A stretch of 64,000 nucleotides of DNA from an uncultured Pseudomonadota bacterium (GTDB taxonomy: Bacteria; Vulcanimicrobiota; Vulcanimicrobiia; Eremiobacterales; Eremiobacteraceae): assembly GCA_963736005.1 (NCBI GenBank), contig CAVTNB010000001.1, positions 800,001 through 864,000 of the forward strand. Reading direction: 5' to 3'. The notes beneath the pieces are model-generated. The model ran no database searches, was not told the origin of the DNA, and saw only the letters and a program-made list of their open reading frames with translations. How positions within the stretch are numbered: the first letter of the stretch is position 1; each line of letters begins with the position of its first letter. This document shows, in pieces, positions 48,240 to 57,747 of this stretch. Both the position numbers and the translations under genes were made by a program.

Positions 48240-48446
48240 ATGGCCAAGCGAAAATCTGGCCATCGAAAGTACGGAAAGAAAGCCGGCGAGAAGGTCGAGC
48301 GCGCGATGCACGAACGAAAGCATGGTAAGCTCCGATCCGGTCGGTCCGGCAAGAAAGTTAAAAGTCGTAAACAAGCCATCGCCATTGCCCTTTCGGAAGC
48401 CAGAAAAAGCGGTGCAAAAGTTCCCAAGAAAAAGTCGTCACGCTAA
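48240..48446 (+). CDS. DUF6496-like small basic protein (second paralog)
   Basis: Highly similar to 44624-44833. Confidence 0.8.
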   Translation: MAKRKSGHRKYGKKAGEKVERAMHERKHGKLRSGRSGKKVKSRKQAIAIALSEARKSGAKVPKKKSSR

Positions 48447-48466
48447 CAAGAAAGGGGCTAATCGTA

Positions 48467-48865
48467 ATGCGCATCGGTGTCGCTATCGTCTGTCTTCTTA
48501 TGGTCCTTGCCATCAGCAGTCCAGGGCTGGCTGCTCATCCAGACGTCACGGTTCGAATGCTCAGTCAAAACCACTCCGGCGAAAATGGTTCTGCCACGCT
48601 CACCGATCTAAATGGGAGAACGAGAGTCGTCATTCATCTCTTGCACGAAAACACGACGGGTATTCAGCCGGCGCACATACATGCCGGCACGTGTGCCAAG
48701 CTCAACCCAGCGCCAAAATACCCGCTGAAGAATGTCGTTTTGGGAGATTCGAACACGATCGTTGACGTCCCCATAACCGCGCTCTTAGGTGGGCGTTATG
48801 CGATCAATGTCCACGAGTCTGCAAAGAATATCGCACAATACGTTTCATGCGGAAACATCCCATAA
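48467..48865 (+). CDS. Exported CHRD/SOD-like protein
   Basis: Signal peptide; QPAHIH.GTC, AINVHES, CGNI. Confidence 0.6.
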   Translation: MRIGVAIVCLLMVLAISSPGLAAHPDVTVRMLSQNHSGENGSATLTDLNGRTRVVIHLLHENTTGIQPAHIHAGTCAKLNPAPKYPLKNVVLGDSNTIVDVPITALLGGRYAINVHESAKNIAQYVSCGNIP

Positions 48866-48966
48866 GCAAGCTCGAAAAAAGCGCACGAAAGATCGACATA
48901 CCCTGATTGCGGCGTTAGCGGGAGTAACCCACCCCGTTCACGCCGCAACGGCAAATGACGCAGCAG

Positions 48967-49542
48967 TCACTTCGGACGGTGTTTCTTGGCGAACACTTTC
49001 TGCGTCTTCTCGACGATTCGCAGAGCCCGCGTGGCGTTCACGGTACCCTTTATTTTGATGCGGTTACCTTGTTGCTCGGAATAACTCTTTAAGAAGTTTT
49101 TAATCTCAAGCAAGAGCGGTTCAGGAACGTCGGCGATGTCTTTGTAATCATCAGAAGGCTGCGGCGCCCCTTTACTCGGAAGCAACGTGCTGATCAACCG
49201 GTCATTCTCAATGCCGTTTTTTAACTCCCGAATAGCGCCAAGAACTCGCACGGTCACTAAACAGCCGGAAAAGAGCCCTTCTTGAGTGATGACTAAGATG
49301 TCAAGGGGGTCACCGTCTGGCGCCAACGTGCCGGGAATAAAGCCGTAGTCGTACGGCCAATGCATACCGTCTGGCAGGACCTCTTTGAGGGCGATAATGC
49401 CATATTTGTTCTTAAGGGCGTATTTGTGAGGACTGTTCTTGCACGTTTCTATAATCGCGTGAACGGTATTTTTCTTTCGTTTCTTTGGAAAAGTCGGCAG
49501 ATCTTCATAATGCGTCGCATTCACGCTCTTGCTCACTAGCAT
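48967..49542 (-). CDS. ppa: Inorganic pyrophosphatase (family I)
   Basis: PYDYGFIPGT..DGDPLD; GGAGG RBS. Confidence 0.85.
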   Translation of the reverse strand: MLVSKSVNATHYEDLPTFPKKRKKNTVHAIIETCKNSPHKYALKNKYGIIALKEVLPDGMHWPYDYGFIPGTLAPDGDPLDILVITQEGLFSGCLVTVRVLGAIRELKNGIENDRLISTLLPSKGAPQPSDDYKDIADVPEPLLLEIKNFLKSYSEQQGNRIKIKGTVNATRALRIVEKTQKVFAKKHRPK

Positions 49543-49655
49543 CAGCCTCCTTTGGCTTGTTTGTAGGATCTGCCACAGCGGCGCAGAGTAAAAGCGTAGG
49601 CTGTGGGTATAGGTCATCACCACTGAATCTCTGACCGAAAGGACCGGTATGACGA

Positions 49656-50204
49656 ATGAAAATTGAAACCTTGCGCGATCTTTGGATCGACGAACTTAAA
49701 GACCTGTACAACGCAGAAAAACAGATCCTCAGCGCGCTACCAAAGATGGCCAAAGCTGCAACGTCGGACGACTTGCAACAAGCGTTTGAGGAGCACCTCG
49801 AGCAAACTCGAGAGCACGTTGAACGGCTCGACCAAATTTTTGACTCGATCGACGAAGCGCCACGGGGCAAGAAGTGTAAAGGCGTCGAAGGCATCATCGC
49901 CGAGGGTAAAGATATGCTCGAGTTAGATCTGTCAGAAGCGGTCGGGGACGCGGCCCTCATCGCGGCGGGGCAGCGAGTCGAACACTATGAGATAGCCGCC
50001 TACGGTACAGCGCGGACCTACGCTGACTTGCTTGGCGAAACCAGGGCGGTGCAACTGCTGCAACAGACCTTAGACGAAGAAAAAGACACCGATCAACGAT
50101 TGACGACCATCGCGGAGCAAGTCAATCTGGAGGCACAAGAAGTCGACGAGGACGAGGCTCCTTCGGGCAATCACAAGCGTCAGCTGGCTGAGTCGCGACG
50201 ATAA
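49656..50204 (+). CDS. Ferritin-like YciF/DUF892 protein
   Basis: DLYNAEKQ, HLEQT..H..RL, QRVEHYEIAAYGT. Confidence 0.9.
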   Translation: MKIETLRDLWIDELKDLYNAEKQILSALPKMAKAATSDDLQQAFEEHLEQTREHVERLDQIFDSIDEAPRGKKCKGVEGIIAEGKDMLELDLSEAVGDAALIAAGQRVEHYEIAAYGTARTYADLLGETRAVQLLQQTLDEEKDTDQRLTTIAEQVNLEAQEVDEDEAPSGNHKRQLAESRR

Positions 50205-50210
50205 GGGATT

Positions 50211-50241
50211 AAAGGCCGCACGACTAAGTCGTGCGGCCTTT
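50211..50241. terminator. Intrinsic terminator-like hairpin
   Basis: aaaggccgcacgac-taa-gtcgtgcggccttt just after the yciF-like gene. Confidence 0.7.
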
Positions 50242-50249
50242 CCCCCAGA

Positions 50250-50617
50250 CAGGCTCTTTCTTCATTGCTCTTACTGCAATCCTCAAGTCGCCGATAAATT
50301 TGGCCATTTGTTTGCGACGCGTCTTGTCGTCTGGAGCGCGCAAGATTGCCGATGGATGGAAGCTCGGTCCGAGTAGTGCTTGCGCCCGAGTCGCTGGGCT
50401 CCGAGTGTATTCTCCGCTTTCCGCGCCACACGTATTTGAAGTGCTTTACCGCATTGGTACGAAAGGGTGTCCGGTTTGGTCTTCGATATCGCCGGGCTGC
50501 TCGCCGACGAGCATGACCCTTGCGTGCGCGCGACCCTCACCAACTGCCGCCGCCGCCGCCCGGAGATTTGTCAGATTTTTCGCAGGAAGGTAGTCTGCGG
50601 CGCTAATTCTTTTTCAT
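50250..50617 (-). pseudogene. udgX: UdgX-family uracil-DNA-binding protein remnant with several internal deletions
   Basis: Fragments in changing frames: SAADYLP..LRAAAAA-VGEG..ARVMLVGEQPGDIEDQTGHPFV / TNAVKHFK..RGKRRIH / HPSAILRAPD...F.GDL. Confidence 0.8.
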
Positions 50618-50707
50618 ATACCCAAGACTTGCCGGTAATTAACGCTCTCTGCCGGTTTCTTAACCTGAACTTGTTTTCGCGAACGCCAACGAGGGAATAA
50701 GCGAAAT

Positions 50708-51124
50708 ATGATCGCGATGTTCAACCGAGACTACCCACCAAGCGCGCAGTGGGTGCGCAACGCAAGGGACGATGTTACTCGTTTCGCCGAATACTGCGGA
50801 TTCGAACGCGAGGAACTCGCGGAAATAAGGCTGGCCGTTGGGGAAGCCTGCAACAACGCGGTCGAGCACGCCGGATCATTCGATAACTTCAATGTGTGGT
50901 GCGAGTTTGATGGCACGAGCGTCGTGGTCAGGGTTGAAGATAAGGGCATCGGTTTTCATCTGCCGGCAACACCGGTAGAACGCGACCAACTTCAACCGCG
51001 CGGTCTGGGGATATTTCTCATGAACCGCTTGATGGATAAGACTGACTACGCCACCAAACCCAATGACGGAACCATCTTGACGTTGGAGAAGCGCAAGAGA
51101 AGCGGAAGCCTAGTCGCGTTCTAA
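50708..51124 (+). CDS. RsbW-like Ser/Thr kinase/anti-sigma factor
   Basis: EACNNAVEHA, VEDKGIGF, RGLGIFLM..LMD. Confidence 0.85.
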   Translation: MIAMFNRDYPPSAQWVRNARDDVTRFAEYCGFEREELAEIRLAVGEACNNAVEHAGSFDNFNVWCEFDGTSVVVRVEDKGIGFHLPATPVERDQLQPRGLGIFLMNRLMDKTDYATKPNDGTILTLEKRKRSGSLVAF

Positions 51125-51136
51125 GCCGATCCCCCC

Positions 51137-51385
51137 TTACCGAACGATGGTTGTGGTATCTCGATTGCGATTGAGAACGACCGCGATAATGACGATGACC
51201 GCAACCACAATAACGCCGATGATGATCCAGGTGTTGGTGTCTGGAGTGGTCGTGTTTGTAACATTTGTCGTGGTCGTGGTCCCCGTTGTGTATACGGGTT
51301 CCGGGGTCGCGGTTTGCGTTTGGTCGGTTGGAGCAACAGTTGGCTGATCGGTGCTTTGTGCCACAATCAAGTTTCCATGTATCAT
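51137..51385 (-). CDS. Small Thr-rich single-pass membrane protein
   Basis: GAGG RBS; Thr-rich N-terminus and one TM helix. Confidence 0.6.
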   Translation of the reverse strand: MIHGNLIVAQSTDQPTVAPTDQTQTATPEPVYTTGTTTTTNVTNTTTPDTNTWIIIGVIVVAVIVIIAVVLNRNRDTTTIVR

Positions 51386-51444
51386 TTTCTCATCCTCAAC
51401 TTTGCAAATGCGGAGTGCGATTAGTTGACCGGCCACGTCGAGGT

Positions 51445-51513
51445 TTACCCACGCTTCGTTGATCCAAAACTGGCTGCAAAGGCGCACGTTTAGCCCACCG
51501 CCACTTGCGGTAC
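51445..51513. promoter_or_regulatory. Divergent pair of SigB/SigF-like promoters
   Basis: Minus: GTTT-N16-GGGTAA (51445-51470); plus: GTTT-N16-CGGTAC (51488-51513). Confidence 0.55.
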
Positions 51514-52857
51514 CAAAGAAACGTGGCGTCACCGAAAGAGCACCCGTCTGGTAAAGTCGTGCCCGCGGTCGAGCTTGGCGTGCGCGAAGCTGCGCTTTCC
51601 AAAGAACGGCATCCAGTAAAGCGCTTTCTCAAGATCTTAGGTCCAGGTGTCATTGTCGGAGCATCTGATGACGATCCCTCGGGCATCGGCACGTATTCCA
51701 TCGCCGGTGCGACCCTTGGCTACGCAACCTTATGGACCACCATTGTGATGCTTCCCATGATGTTCGCGGTGCAGTTCATCTGTGCGAAGATTGGGCTCGT
51801 CACCGGCCGGGGGCTGGGGGAAGTTCTAGGCCGGAACTTTCCTAAGTACATTGCCTACCCCGCGGTCTTCGCGCTCGTGATCGCCAACTCGATCAACGCA
51901 GGCGCGGATATCGGAGCCATTGGCGCGGCGTTCAACTTGCTCGTACCGATCCCGATCGTCGCGCTTATCGTGCCGATCGCCGCGGTTCTCCTCGCATTGC
52001 AGATCTGGGGTTCGTATAAGATCATCTCGAGCATCTTCAAGTGGCTGACCCTCTCGCTTTTTGCGTACATCGCGGCATCTTTGTTTGCGCACCCCAACGT
52101 GCTGCACGTCCTTGAGGGAACGTTCATCCCGCGAATTCGGCTCGATGGTGCCTATCTCACCACGCTTGTCGCGCTACTGGGCACGACGATTTCTCCATAC
52201 ATGTTTTTCTGGCAAGCCATCCAAGAAGTCGAAGAAGACATCGCCTTGGGACGACGCTATTGCTGGCAGCGCAAAGGAACCACAGATGCCGAACTCACCT
52301 ATGCAGCGTGGGACGTTGGCGTCGGTATGGCTTTTTCTGAGCTCGTGGCATACTTCATCATCTTCGCGACGGCCGCGACGTTGTTTGTCAGCGGCCACAC
52401 GCATATTGCGACCGCCGCAGACGCGGCCCGGGCCCTCGAGCCTTTGGCCGGACGGTGGGCTGGCGTGCTCTTCGCGCTCGGGCTTATCGGAACGGGCTTT
52501 CTCGCGGTGCCGATACTGACGGGGTCGTCAGCTTACGCTCTCTCAACTCTGTTTGGGTGGAAGTTCGGGCTCAATGAACAGCCGGGCCGAGCGCCGCAGT
52601 TCTACGCCATCATTGCTCTTTCGACGTTGATCGGCATCGAGCTCAATTTCATAGGCATTGGCCCGCTAGCCGCGTTGTACTGGACCGCAGTCATCAATGG
52701 CTGCCTCGCACCCGTGCTGCTGGTATTGATCATGCTACTTGCCAACAATCGAAAAGTCATGGGCGAGCGGACCAACGGACTTGCTCTTAACCTGCTCGGT
52801 TGGTTTACCACCTTCGCCATGTTTGCTGCCGCGATCGGTGCCTTTGTGATCCATTAG
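51505..52857 (+). CDS. NRAMP-related divalent metal transporter (true start probably slightly downstream)
   Basis: LGPG...GASDDDPSGIGTYS, GTTISPYMFFWQ; multiple TM helices. Confidence 0.88.
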   Translation: MRYQRNVASPKEHPSGKVVPAVELGVREAALSKERHPVKRFLKILGPGVIVGASDDDPSGIGTYSIAGATLGYATLWTTIVMLPMMFAVQFICAKIGLVTGRGLGEVLGRNFPKYIAYPAVFALVIANSINAGADIGAIGAAFNLLVPIPIVALIVPIAAVLLALQIWGSYKIISSIFKWLTLSLFAYIAASLFAHPNVLHVLEGTFIPRIRLDGAYLTTLVALLGTTISPYMFFWQAIQEVEEDIALGRRYCWQRKGTTDAELTYAAWDVGVGMAFSELVAYFIIFATAATLFVSGHTHIATAADAARALEPLAGRWAGVLFALGLIGTGFLAVPILTGSSAYALSTLFGWKFGLNEQPGRAPQFYAIIALSTLIGIELNFIGIGPLAALYWTAVINGCLAPVLLVLIMLLANNRKVMGERTNGLALNLLGWFTTFAMFAAAIGAFVIH

Positions 52858-53345
52858 GTCTTCGGCCAGGCTGGTCTTTTGGTAACCAGCCGCTCAAGCC
52901 AGCGCAGAAGCCGCATCCAAAAGTCACGGCGTACGACCAGCGGGTCTGTAAGAATCGAACGCATTCCGAGGAGTCGAGCTCCAAGGAAATCCGTAAAAAC
53001 CTGATCCCCTATCACAGCGGTGGCGTGCCTGTGGGTGCCAAGCAAGGCGAGCGCGCGCTGGAAGCCGATAGGGAACGGTTTGAGAGCTTTGTGCACGAAG
53101 CGAATCTTGAAGCGATCCGCCACATTTTCTACCCACGCTCTCTCGTTGTTTGAGACGATGACGAGTTTGAAGCCCTGCTGGATAGCCTCCGCCACCCAAG
53201 CCGCATCTTGTTCGTCGGGATGGAGCAGCCCGTAGCCGATAAGCGTGTCATCGAGATCGACAATCAACCCCGCAACCCCAGCTTCTCGAAGCTCATCGAA
53301 AGATATCGCAGAGATGCGCGCCGCAAAGGAATACGGACGAAACAC
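52854..53345 (-). CDS. YqeG-like HAD IIIA phosphatase
   Basis: DLDDTL, VSNN, KP, IGDQVFTD. Confidence 0.85.
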   Translation of the reverse strand: MFRPYSFAARISAISFDELREAGVAGLIVDLDDTLIGYGLLHPDEQDAAWVAEAIQQGFKLVIVSNNERAWVENVADRFKIRFVHKALKPFPIGFQRALALLGTHRHATAVIGDQVFTDFLGARLLGMRSILTDPLVVRRDFWMRLLRWLERLVTKRPAWPKT

Positions 53346-53348
53346 TCG

Positions 53349-54221
53349 TTATCTGCGCATATTCGGCGCCGCAAAGATAGCAAGCGCGGATGGCACCAAC
53401 TCGAAAAGAGCAGGTGTGGCGGTTGAAAGCTCACCATCGGTGTAAATGGCCTTCGGACGTGCGGTGTGGATTTCGATCTGCCGTCCGCGTTCCAACCGCA
53501 CCCCAGGAACGCCCGCGTACCGTGCTTGCACGAGCGCGGGGATAAGACGTACAAGATCAGGGAACCGACAAACCTCAAGAGCGTACAGTTCAAAGCGATG
53601 ATCGCTGATATCGGCTTCTGGGGATTTTATCAATCCTCCGAAGCGCTCCCCATTGCCCACGGTTATTTGTAACGCTGACAAGTCTTCTGTCGTGTCGTCC
53701 CAGCGCACTCGGGCACGAAATCGCCGAGCTCGTGTGAGAGCCCGCGCCGCATTGCCTATGGCTGCCCCAACCCCAAAAAATTTCTTTGTGGTTGGGTTAA
53801 GATCCCGAACGATGCTATTGCTGAGGCCCATACTGGCTTCGTTGACGAAGTATCTGTCATTGACACGGCCGAGATCTATGTGACGTATCCTGCCCACGGC
53901 AATCGTTCGACAAGCTTCACGGAGATCGCTCGATATTCCGAGGGTGGCGGCAAGGTCGTTGGCTGTTCCGAGGGGGATAAGGCCAACCGGCAGTTTGAGT
54001 TGCACAAGAGCCCCGAGAAGCTGGTTGATCGTGCCGTCGCCGCCCCCCACGATGACGTAGTCTATTTTGCCCTGCTCGCGAACAACAGATGCGAATCTTC
54101 CTGGCGGCGTATGGGAAACGTCAACGACCTCGATGTTAAGTTCAGCAAGACGGGTCATTGCTTTTAGCTTAAGAGCAGCACCGCTTCGGGATCGTGGGTT
54201 GACGTAGAGCGCAGCACGCAT
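53349..54221 (-). CDS. YegS/diacylglycerol-kinase family lipid kinase
   Basis: NP.S, GGDGT, PLGTANDLA, DGE. Confidence 0.88.
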   Translation of the reverse strand: MRAALYVNPRSRSGAALKLKAMTRLAELNIEVVDVSHTPPGRFASVVREQGKIDYVIVGGGDGTINQLLGALVQLKLPVGLIPLGTANDLAATLGISSDLREACRTIAVGRIRHIDLGRVNDRYFVNEASMGLSNSIVRDLNPTTKKFFGVGAAIGNAARALTRARRFRARVRWDDTTEDLSALQITVGNGERFGGLIKSPEADISDHRFELYALEVCRFPDLVRLIPALVQARYAGVPGVRLERGRQIEIHTARPKAIYTDGELSTATPALFELVPSALAIFAAPNMRR

Positions 54222-54539
54222 TGTGGTTTTCGTTGCGATTCCGTCCGACGAGTTGGAGCGAAGCGCCGGATTGGTACCCGGCGCTTTTTGCTCTACACGC
54301 AGTCCGAATGACCGCAGGCGCACTTGTCGCCGTTCATCTTGCCCTGTTTGCAAGAATCGCTGCAGTAGCCCGCGTTCGAACTTTCATTACATTGGCACGG
54401 GGCCTGTCCGCACTTACCAGCCATACAATCACCTCCGCTGCGACGGGAGCAATTAAAGCCGGCCCCCGATGAGCAGGGTTATTCCCAAATCTATCTCACA
54501 AAAACGCGTCGAACTTTTCTGATGTGTGCAGCGCCTTGC

Positions 54540-54725
54540 TCAGCGCCGGCGCAGGGTTGGCGGTTCGCGCTTGCCTTTCTGTCCGACACCACGTGCGAGA
54601 ATCGCCACCAGGACCGCCACGATCGCGATAAAGACAACAATCCACAACCACCATTCGGGCGATCCAAATGTTGGTTTGGTCGTGCCAAGCGGTGTCGGCT
54701 CGGCAATCACCGTCTGCATCAGCAT
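54540..54725 (-). CDS. Small single-pass membrane protein
   Basis: One strong TM segment and a basic tail. Confidence 0.45.
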   Translation of the reverse strand: MLMQTVIAEPTPLGTTKPTFGSPEWWLWIVVFIAIVAVLVAILARGVGQKGKREPPTLRRR

Positions 54726-54776
54726 TACATCACTTCTTACCCAAAGCCGGCCCTTGTTTATCGCTTTATAGCGACG

Positions 54777-54802
54777 GTTTGTGCGTTCTTCGATGTGGGT
54801 AA
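54777..54802 (+). promoter_or_regulatory. SigB/SigF-like promoter
   Basis: GTTT-N16-GGGTAA. Confidence 0.6.
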
Positions 54803-54811
54803 AAACAACTC

Positions 54812-55423
54812 ATGAGGATTGCTTCTACTATGCCGATCAGAATCTGTCATAAACCTATGTGGTTGGCCATGCTGGTCGCGATCGGGGTTGTTGGTTGTAC
54901 GCATCAAGACGTAGCCTCAGGGTTGCAGGCCCAAGCGCAACCGTTCGTGCAGGCGCGCGCTCAGGCGGTGGCGATCGTTGCAAACGCAAAACAGCAAGTA
55001 GACCCAGGCAGCATCAACTATGTCAACGTGAAATACTCGGCGCTGCAGGAGCAGGCGAATAACTACGTTGGTTTGCTCGTTGAGGCGCTGGATATCGCAT
55101 CCTTTGACAGTGGGAAAAGTCAAATTGATGCGGCCGAGTTGACAAAGGCGATTGATGGGTTTAACGGCTCCATACAGCCGCTAGTAAAGCCAAAGACATC
55201 GGCCATAACGCAAGGCGGCTCAAGTGGCCCTTCGCCTCTCCCCGATCAATGGGTTGAAAGTTTCCGAGCAAGCCTCGACGCGTATTGGTCTCAAAACCGG
55301 GCGCGTATAGCCAAGATGACTCCAGACCAACGAACGGCGCTTGGCGAGCAAATCAAAGCGCAACTTGCCTGGCCAAACTTTCAAGACATAGCGCGAGAAA
55401 AGCTTCAATCTCCTGCATCTTAG
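54812..55423 (+). CDS. Hypothetical lipoprotein
   Basis: Lipobox VVGC; helical body. Confidence 0.65.
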   Translation: MRIASTMPIRICHKPMWLAMLVAIGVVGCTHQDVASGLQAQAQPFVQARAQAVAIVANAKQQVDPGSINYVNVKYSALQEQANNYVGLLVEALDIASFDSGKSQIDAAELTKAIDGFNGSIQPLVKPKTSAITQGGSSGPSPLPDQWVESFRASLDAYWSQNRARIAKMTPDQRTALGEQIKAQLAWPNFQDIAREKLQSPAS

Positions 55424-55473
55424 ACCGTTGGTAAACAATCGGTATCTCTGATTTTGGACGGAGGGTCAAGACC

Positions 55474-56523
55474 GTGAAGACTTGTGGATTCTCTTCTAGC
55501 ATCAAACGGAGGCCATTGGGCGTTTTTTGCGGTGTGGCCCTTGGATTGGTCGTGCTCTGCGCCGCGGGGTCCGCGGCGGCCACCATTCCCGTCATTGTCA
55601 ACGGTCAACAGGTGCAGTTCGATACGCCGCCGATCGAGCGATCGGGACGTGTTTTTGTGCCCCTGCGAGGAGTTTTTGAGAAGTTAGGCGCCAGCGTCGT
55701 TTATGACAATGGGCTCATCAATGCAACAGGAGACGGGCGCAGCATCCAGTTGAGGATTGGATCGACAACTGCTACGGTGGATGGAAACACACAGCAGTTG
55801 GAGGTCGCACCCTTCCTCGTGGGGCCGCGGACGTACGTGCCCTTGCGTTTCATCTCTGAAGCGCTTGGCGCGACAGTCGATTGGAATGACAACACGCAGA
55901 CCGTCAGCATTTTCTCCGGGAGCCAATCGTCCGCTGGGGTGCAACTGCTTGAGGTGACGCCTGCGTCGGGTTCTGTGGTTGCAGCACAAAGCCCAGCGGT
56001 TTCAGCCACTTTTTCTTCAGCGGTCGATCCCAACTCGGTGCACATCACGCTAGACGGACGTGATGTGTCAACCACCACAGACATTTCCGGCACCAACTTT
56101 CTGTTCACTCCGCCCTACGCCCTGACAGCGCAACAACACACGGTACGGGTTAGCGGCACCTCAACCAGTGGCACGTCGTTCGTTCAAAGCTGGTCATTTA
56201 CGTCCGGCACGAGCGTCGTCGGAAACTATCTGAGGAATTTGAGTCCCAGCAATGGCTCAACTGTAGGCAGCACGTTTACCATTTCCGGACGCACGATCCC
56301 TAACTCTGCGGTTCACCTTGTGGTCATCCCGACAGCCGTCTTTGGCGGCGTCTTCGCGGTCACATCAGGGACGTATGTGGCCGACGTAACCGCCGACAGT
56401 AACGGGCTATTCTCGCAGGTGGTTAACGTTCAGACGGTCGCGGGAGGCAAGGTAGGCGTTCGCATTACTTCTGTCGCTCCAAGCAAGGAAAGCGCGACGG
56501 TGAGCCTCAGCCTGAACAGTTAG
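55474..56523 (+). CDS. Copper amine oxidase N-terminal (stalk) domain protein with Ig-like domains
   Basis: GRVFVPLRGVFEKLGA.V and TYVPLRFISEALGATVDW. Confidence 0.8.
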   Translation: MKTCGFSSSIKRRPLGVFCGVALGLVVLCAAGSAAATIPVIVNGQQVQFDTPPIERSGRVFVPLRGVFEKLGASVVYDNGLINATGDGRSIQLRIGSTTATVDGNTQQLEVAPFLVGPRTYVPLRFISEALGATVDWNDNTQTVSIFSGSQSSAGVQLLEVTPASGSVVAAQSPAVSATFSSAVDPNSVHITLDGRDVSTTTDISGTNFLFTPPYALTAQQHTVRVSGTSTSGTSFVQSWSFTSGTSVVGNYLRNLSPSNGSTVGSTFTISGRTIPNSAVHLVVIPTAVFGGVFAVTSGTYVADVTADSNGLFSQVVNVQTVAGGKVGVRITSVAPSKESATVSLSLNS

Positions 56524-56604
56524 ACGTCCAGAATTCGGCAACGAACGGGGGCGCGGGCCGGTGAAGGACCGTGCCCCACGCCATCTAGCGTTGCCGTTTT
56601 TGTT

Positions 56605-56859
56605 TCACTTTCGCTTGTTTAGCCGATCACGCAGCTGGCGCTTCGTCTTGTCAATCGCAGCGGCACCGCGGTGACTAGCTTCCTTCACCGCCGACCCGGC
56701 TTTTTCACGGGTGGTCATGGCATCGCCGGCAACATCGCGCTTCGCGCGTTCGCCTGCCGCGCCCACTCGATGCTTTATCTCGCTGATGCTGTCTTTGAGA
56801 TCGGACGCAAGAACGCGTCCGTCCTTTTTTGCACGTGCTACCTGTCGGTTGGTTTTCAT
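56605..56859 (-). CDS. Small hydrophilic stress protein
   Basis: AAGGAG RBS; MKTNRQ...; K/A/D/E-rich helical sequence. Confidence 0.55.
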   Translation of the reverse strand: MKTNRQVARAKKDGRVLASDLKDSISEIKHRVGAAGERAKRDVAGDAMTTREKAGSAVKEASHRGAAAIDKTKRQLRDRLNKRK

Positions 56860-56987
56860 GGGTCTCCTTTCAATGCCTAGCCACTTGCTGTCGGCCTCCT
56901 GCTGCCGGTCTTGGCCCATCATCATTGCCCAAATCCGGTGCCTGCTAAACGGGGTCGTTGACGCCAACTTGGGTAGAAGTTTTGTCT

Positions 56988-57716
56988 ATGGCGCGTAGCG
57001 GCAACAGGGATGCTCATTCCAACGAATTTTCACGAGGGGTTGCGGAATTCACCGGGACCTTCTTTCTCACTTTGGTCGCCGCGGGCGCGGACGTCGTTGA
57101 AACGGCAAGCCACGGCGAACTTGGACATACGTCGCACTATTTGGCGCCCGGTTTTGTGGTTGCCGCAATGATCTGGAGCATAAGCGGGGTTTCTGGTGCT
57201 CACCTCAATCCCGCAGTAACCTTTGCTTTTGTTCTTCGAAAGACGTTCCCCTTAAGCCGCGCAGTTGTCTATTGGGTCGTTCAGTTTGCGGGTGCTCTAG
57301 CAGCGGCAGCCACGTTGCGCGGCTTCTTCGGAGACTTGATACGCGCCGGTGCGAGCGCACCCGGCGCGGGTATTGCGGATTGGGCTGCGGTCGCGTGGGA
57401 AGCGATCCTCACGCTGCTGTTGCTGTTGGTCATCTTGGGCACGGCGGAAAATGAGGCGGTGGTCGGTAAGAATGCGGCACTCGCCGTTGGCTTAACGGTC
57501 GCGCTTTGCGGCCTTTTCTCAAGTCCGATCTCTGGGGCGTCCATGAATCCAGCACGGTCTCTTGGACCGCAACTCGTGGCTGGAGTGACAGACCACTGCT
57601 GGATCTATCTGCTCGGCCCGTTACTCGGTGTTTTTGCTTCGCTCGGGCTAGGGTGGGTGCTCTTTGGACCCCCTAGGCTGTCGGAGCGAGAAGCGGCACA
57701 CGGAAAGCATCCTTGA
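56988..57716 (+). CDS. Aquaporin (MIP family)
   Basis: SGAHLNPAVT and SGASMNPARS (two NPA motifs). Confidence 0.93.
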   Translation: MARSGNRDAHSNEFSRGVAEFTGTFFLTLVAAGADVVETASHGELGHTSHYLAPGFVVAAMIWSISGVSGAHLNPAVTFAFVLRKTFPLSRAVVYWVVQFAGALAAAATLRGFFGDLIRAGASAPGAGIADWAAVAWEAILTLLLLLVILGTAENEAVVGKNAALAVGLTVALCGLFSSPISGASMNPARSLGPQLVAGVTDHCWIYLLGPLLGVFASLGLGWVLFGPPRLSEREAAHGKHP

Positions 57717-57747
57717 ACAGATTCTGAGAGGCGGACCCCCAAACTGG

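Noticed and set aside
50618..50643. SigB-like promoter for udgX (GTTA-N16-GGGTAT, minus strand)
   Set aside because: The -10 element directly abuts the ATG and the gene is decayed, so it cannot be supported as functional
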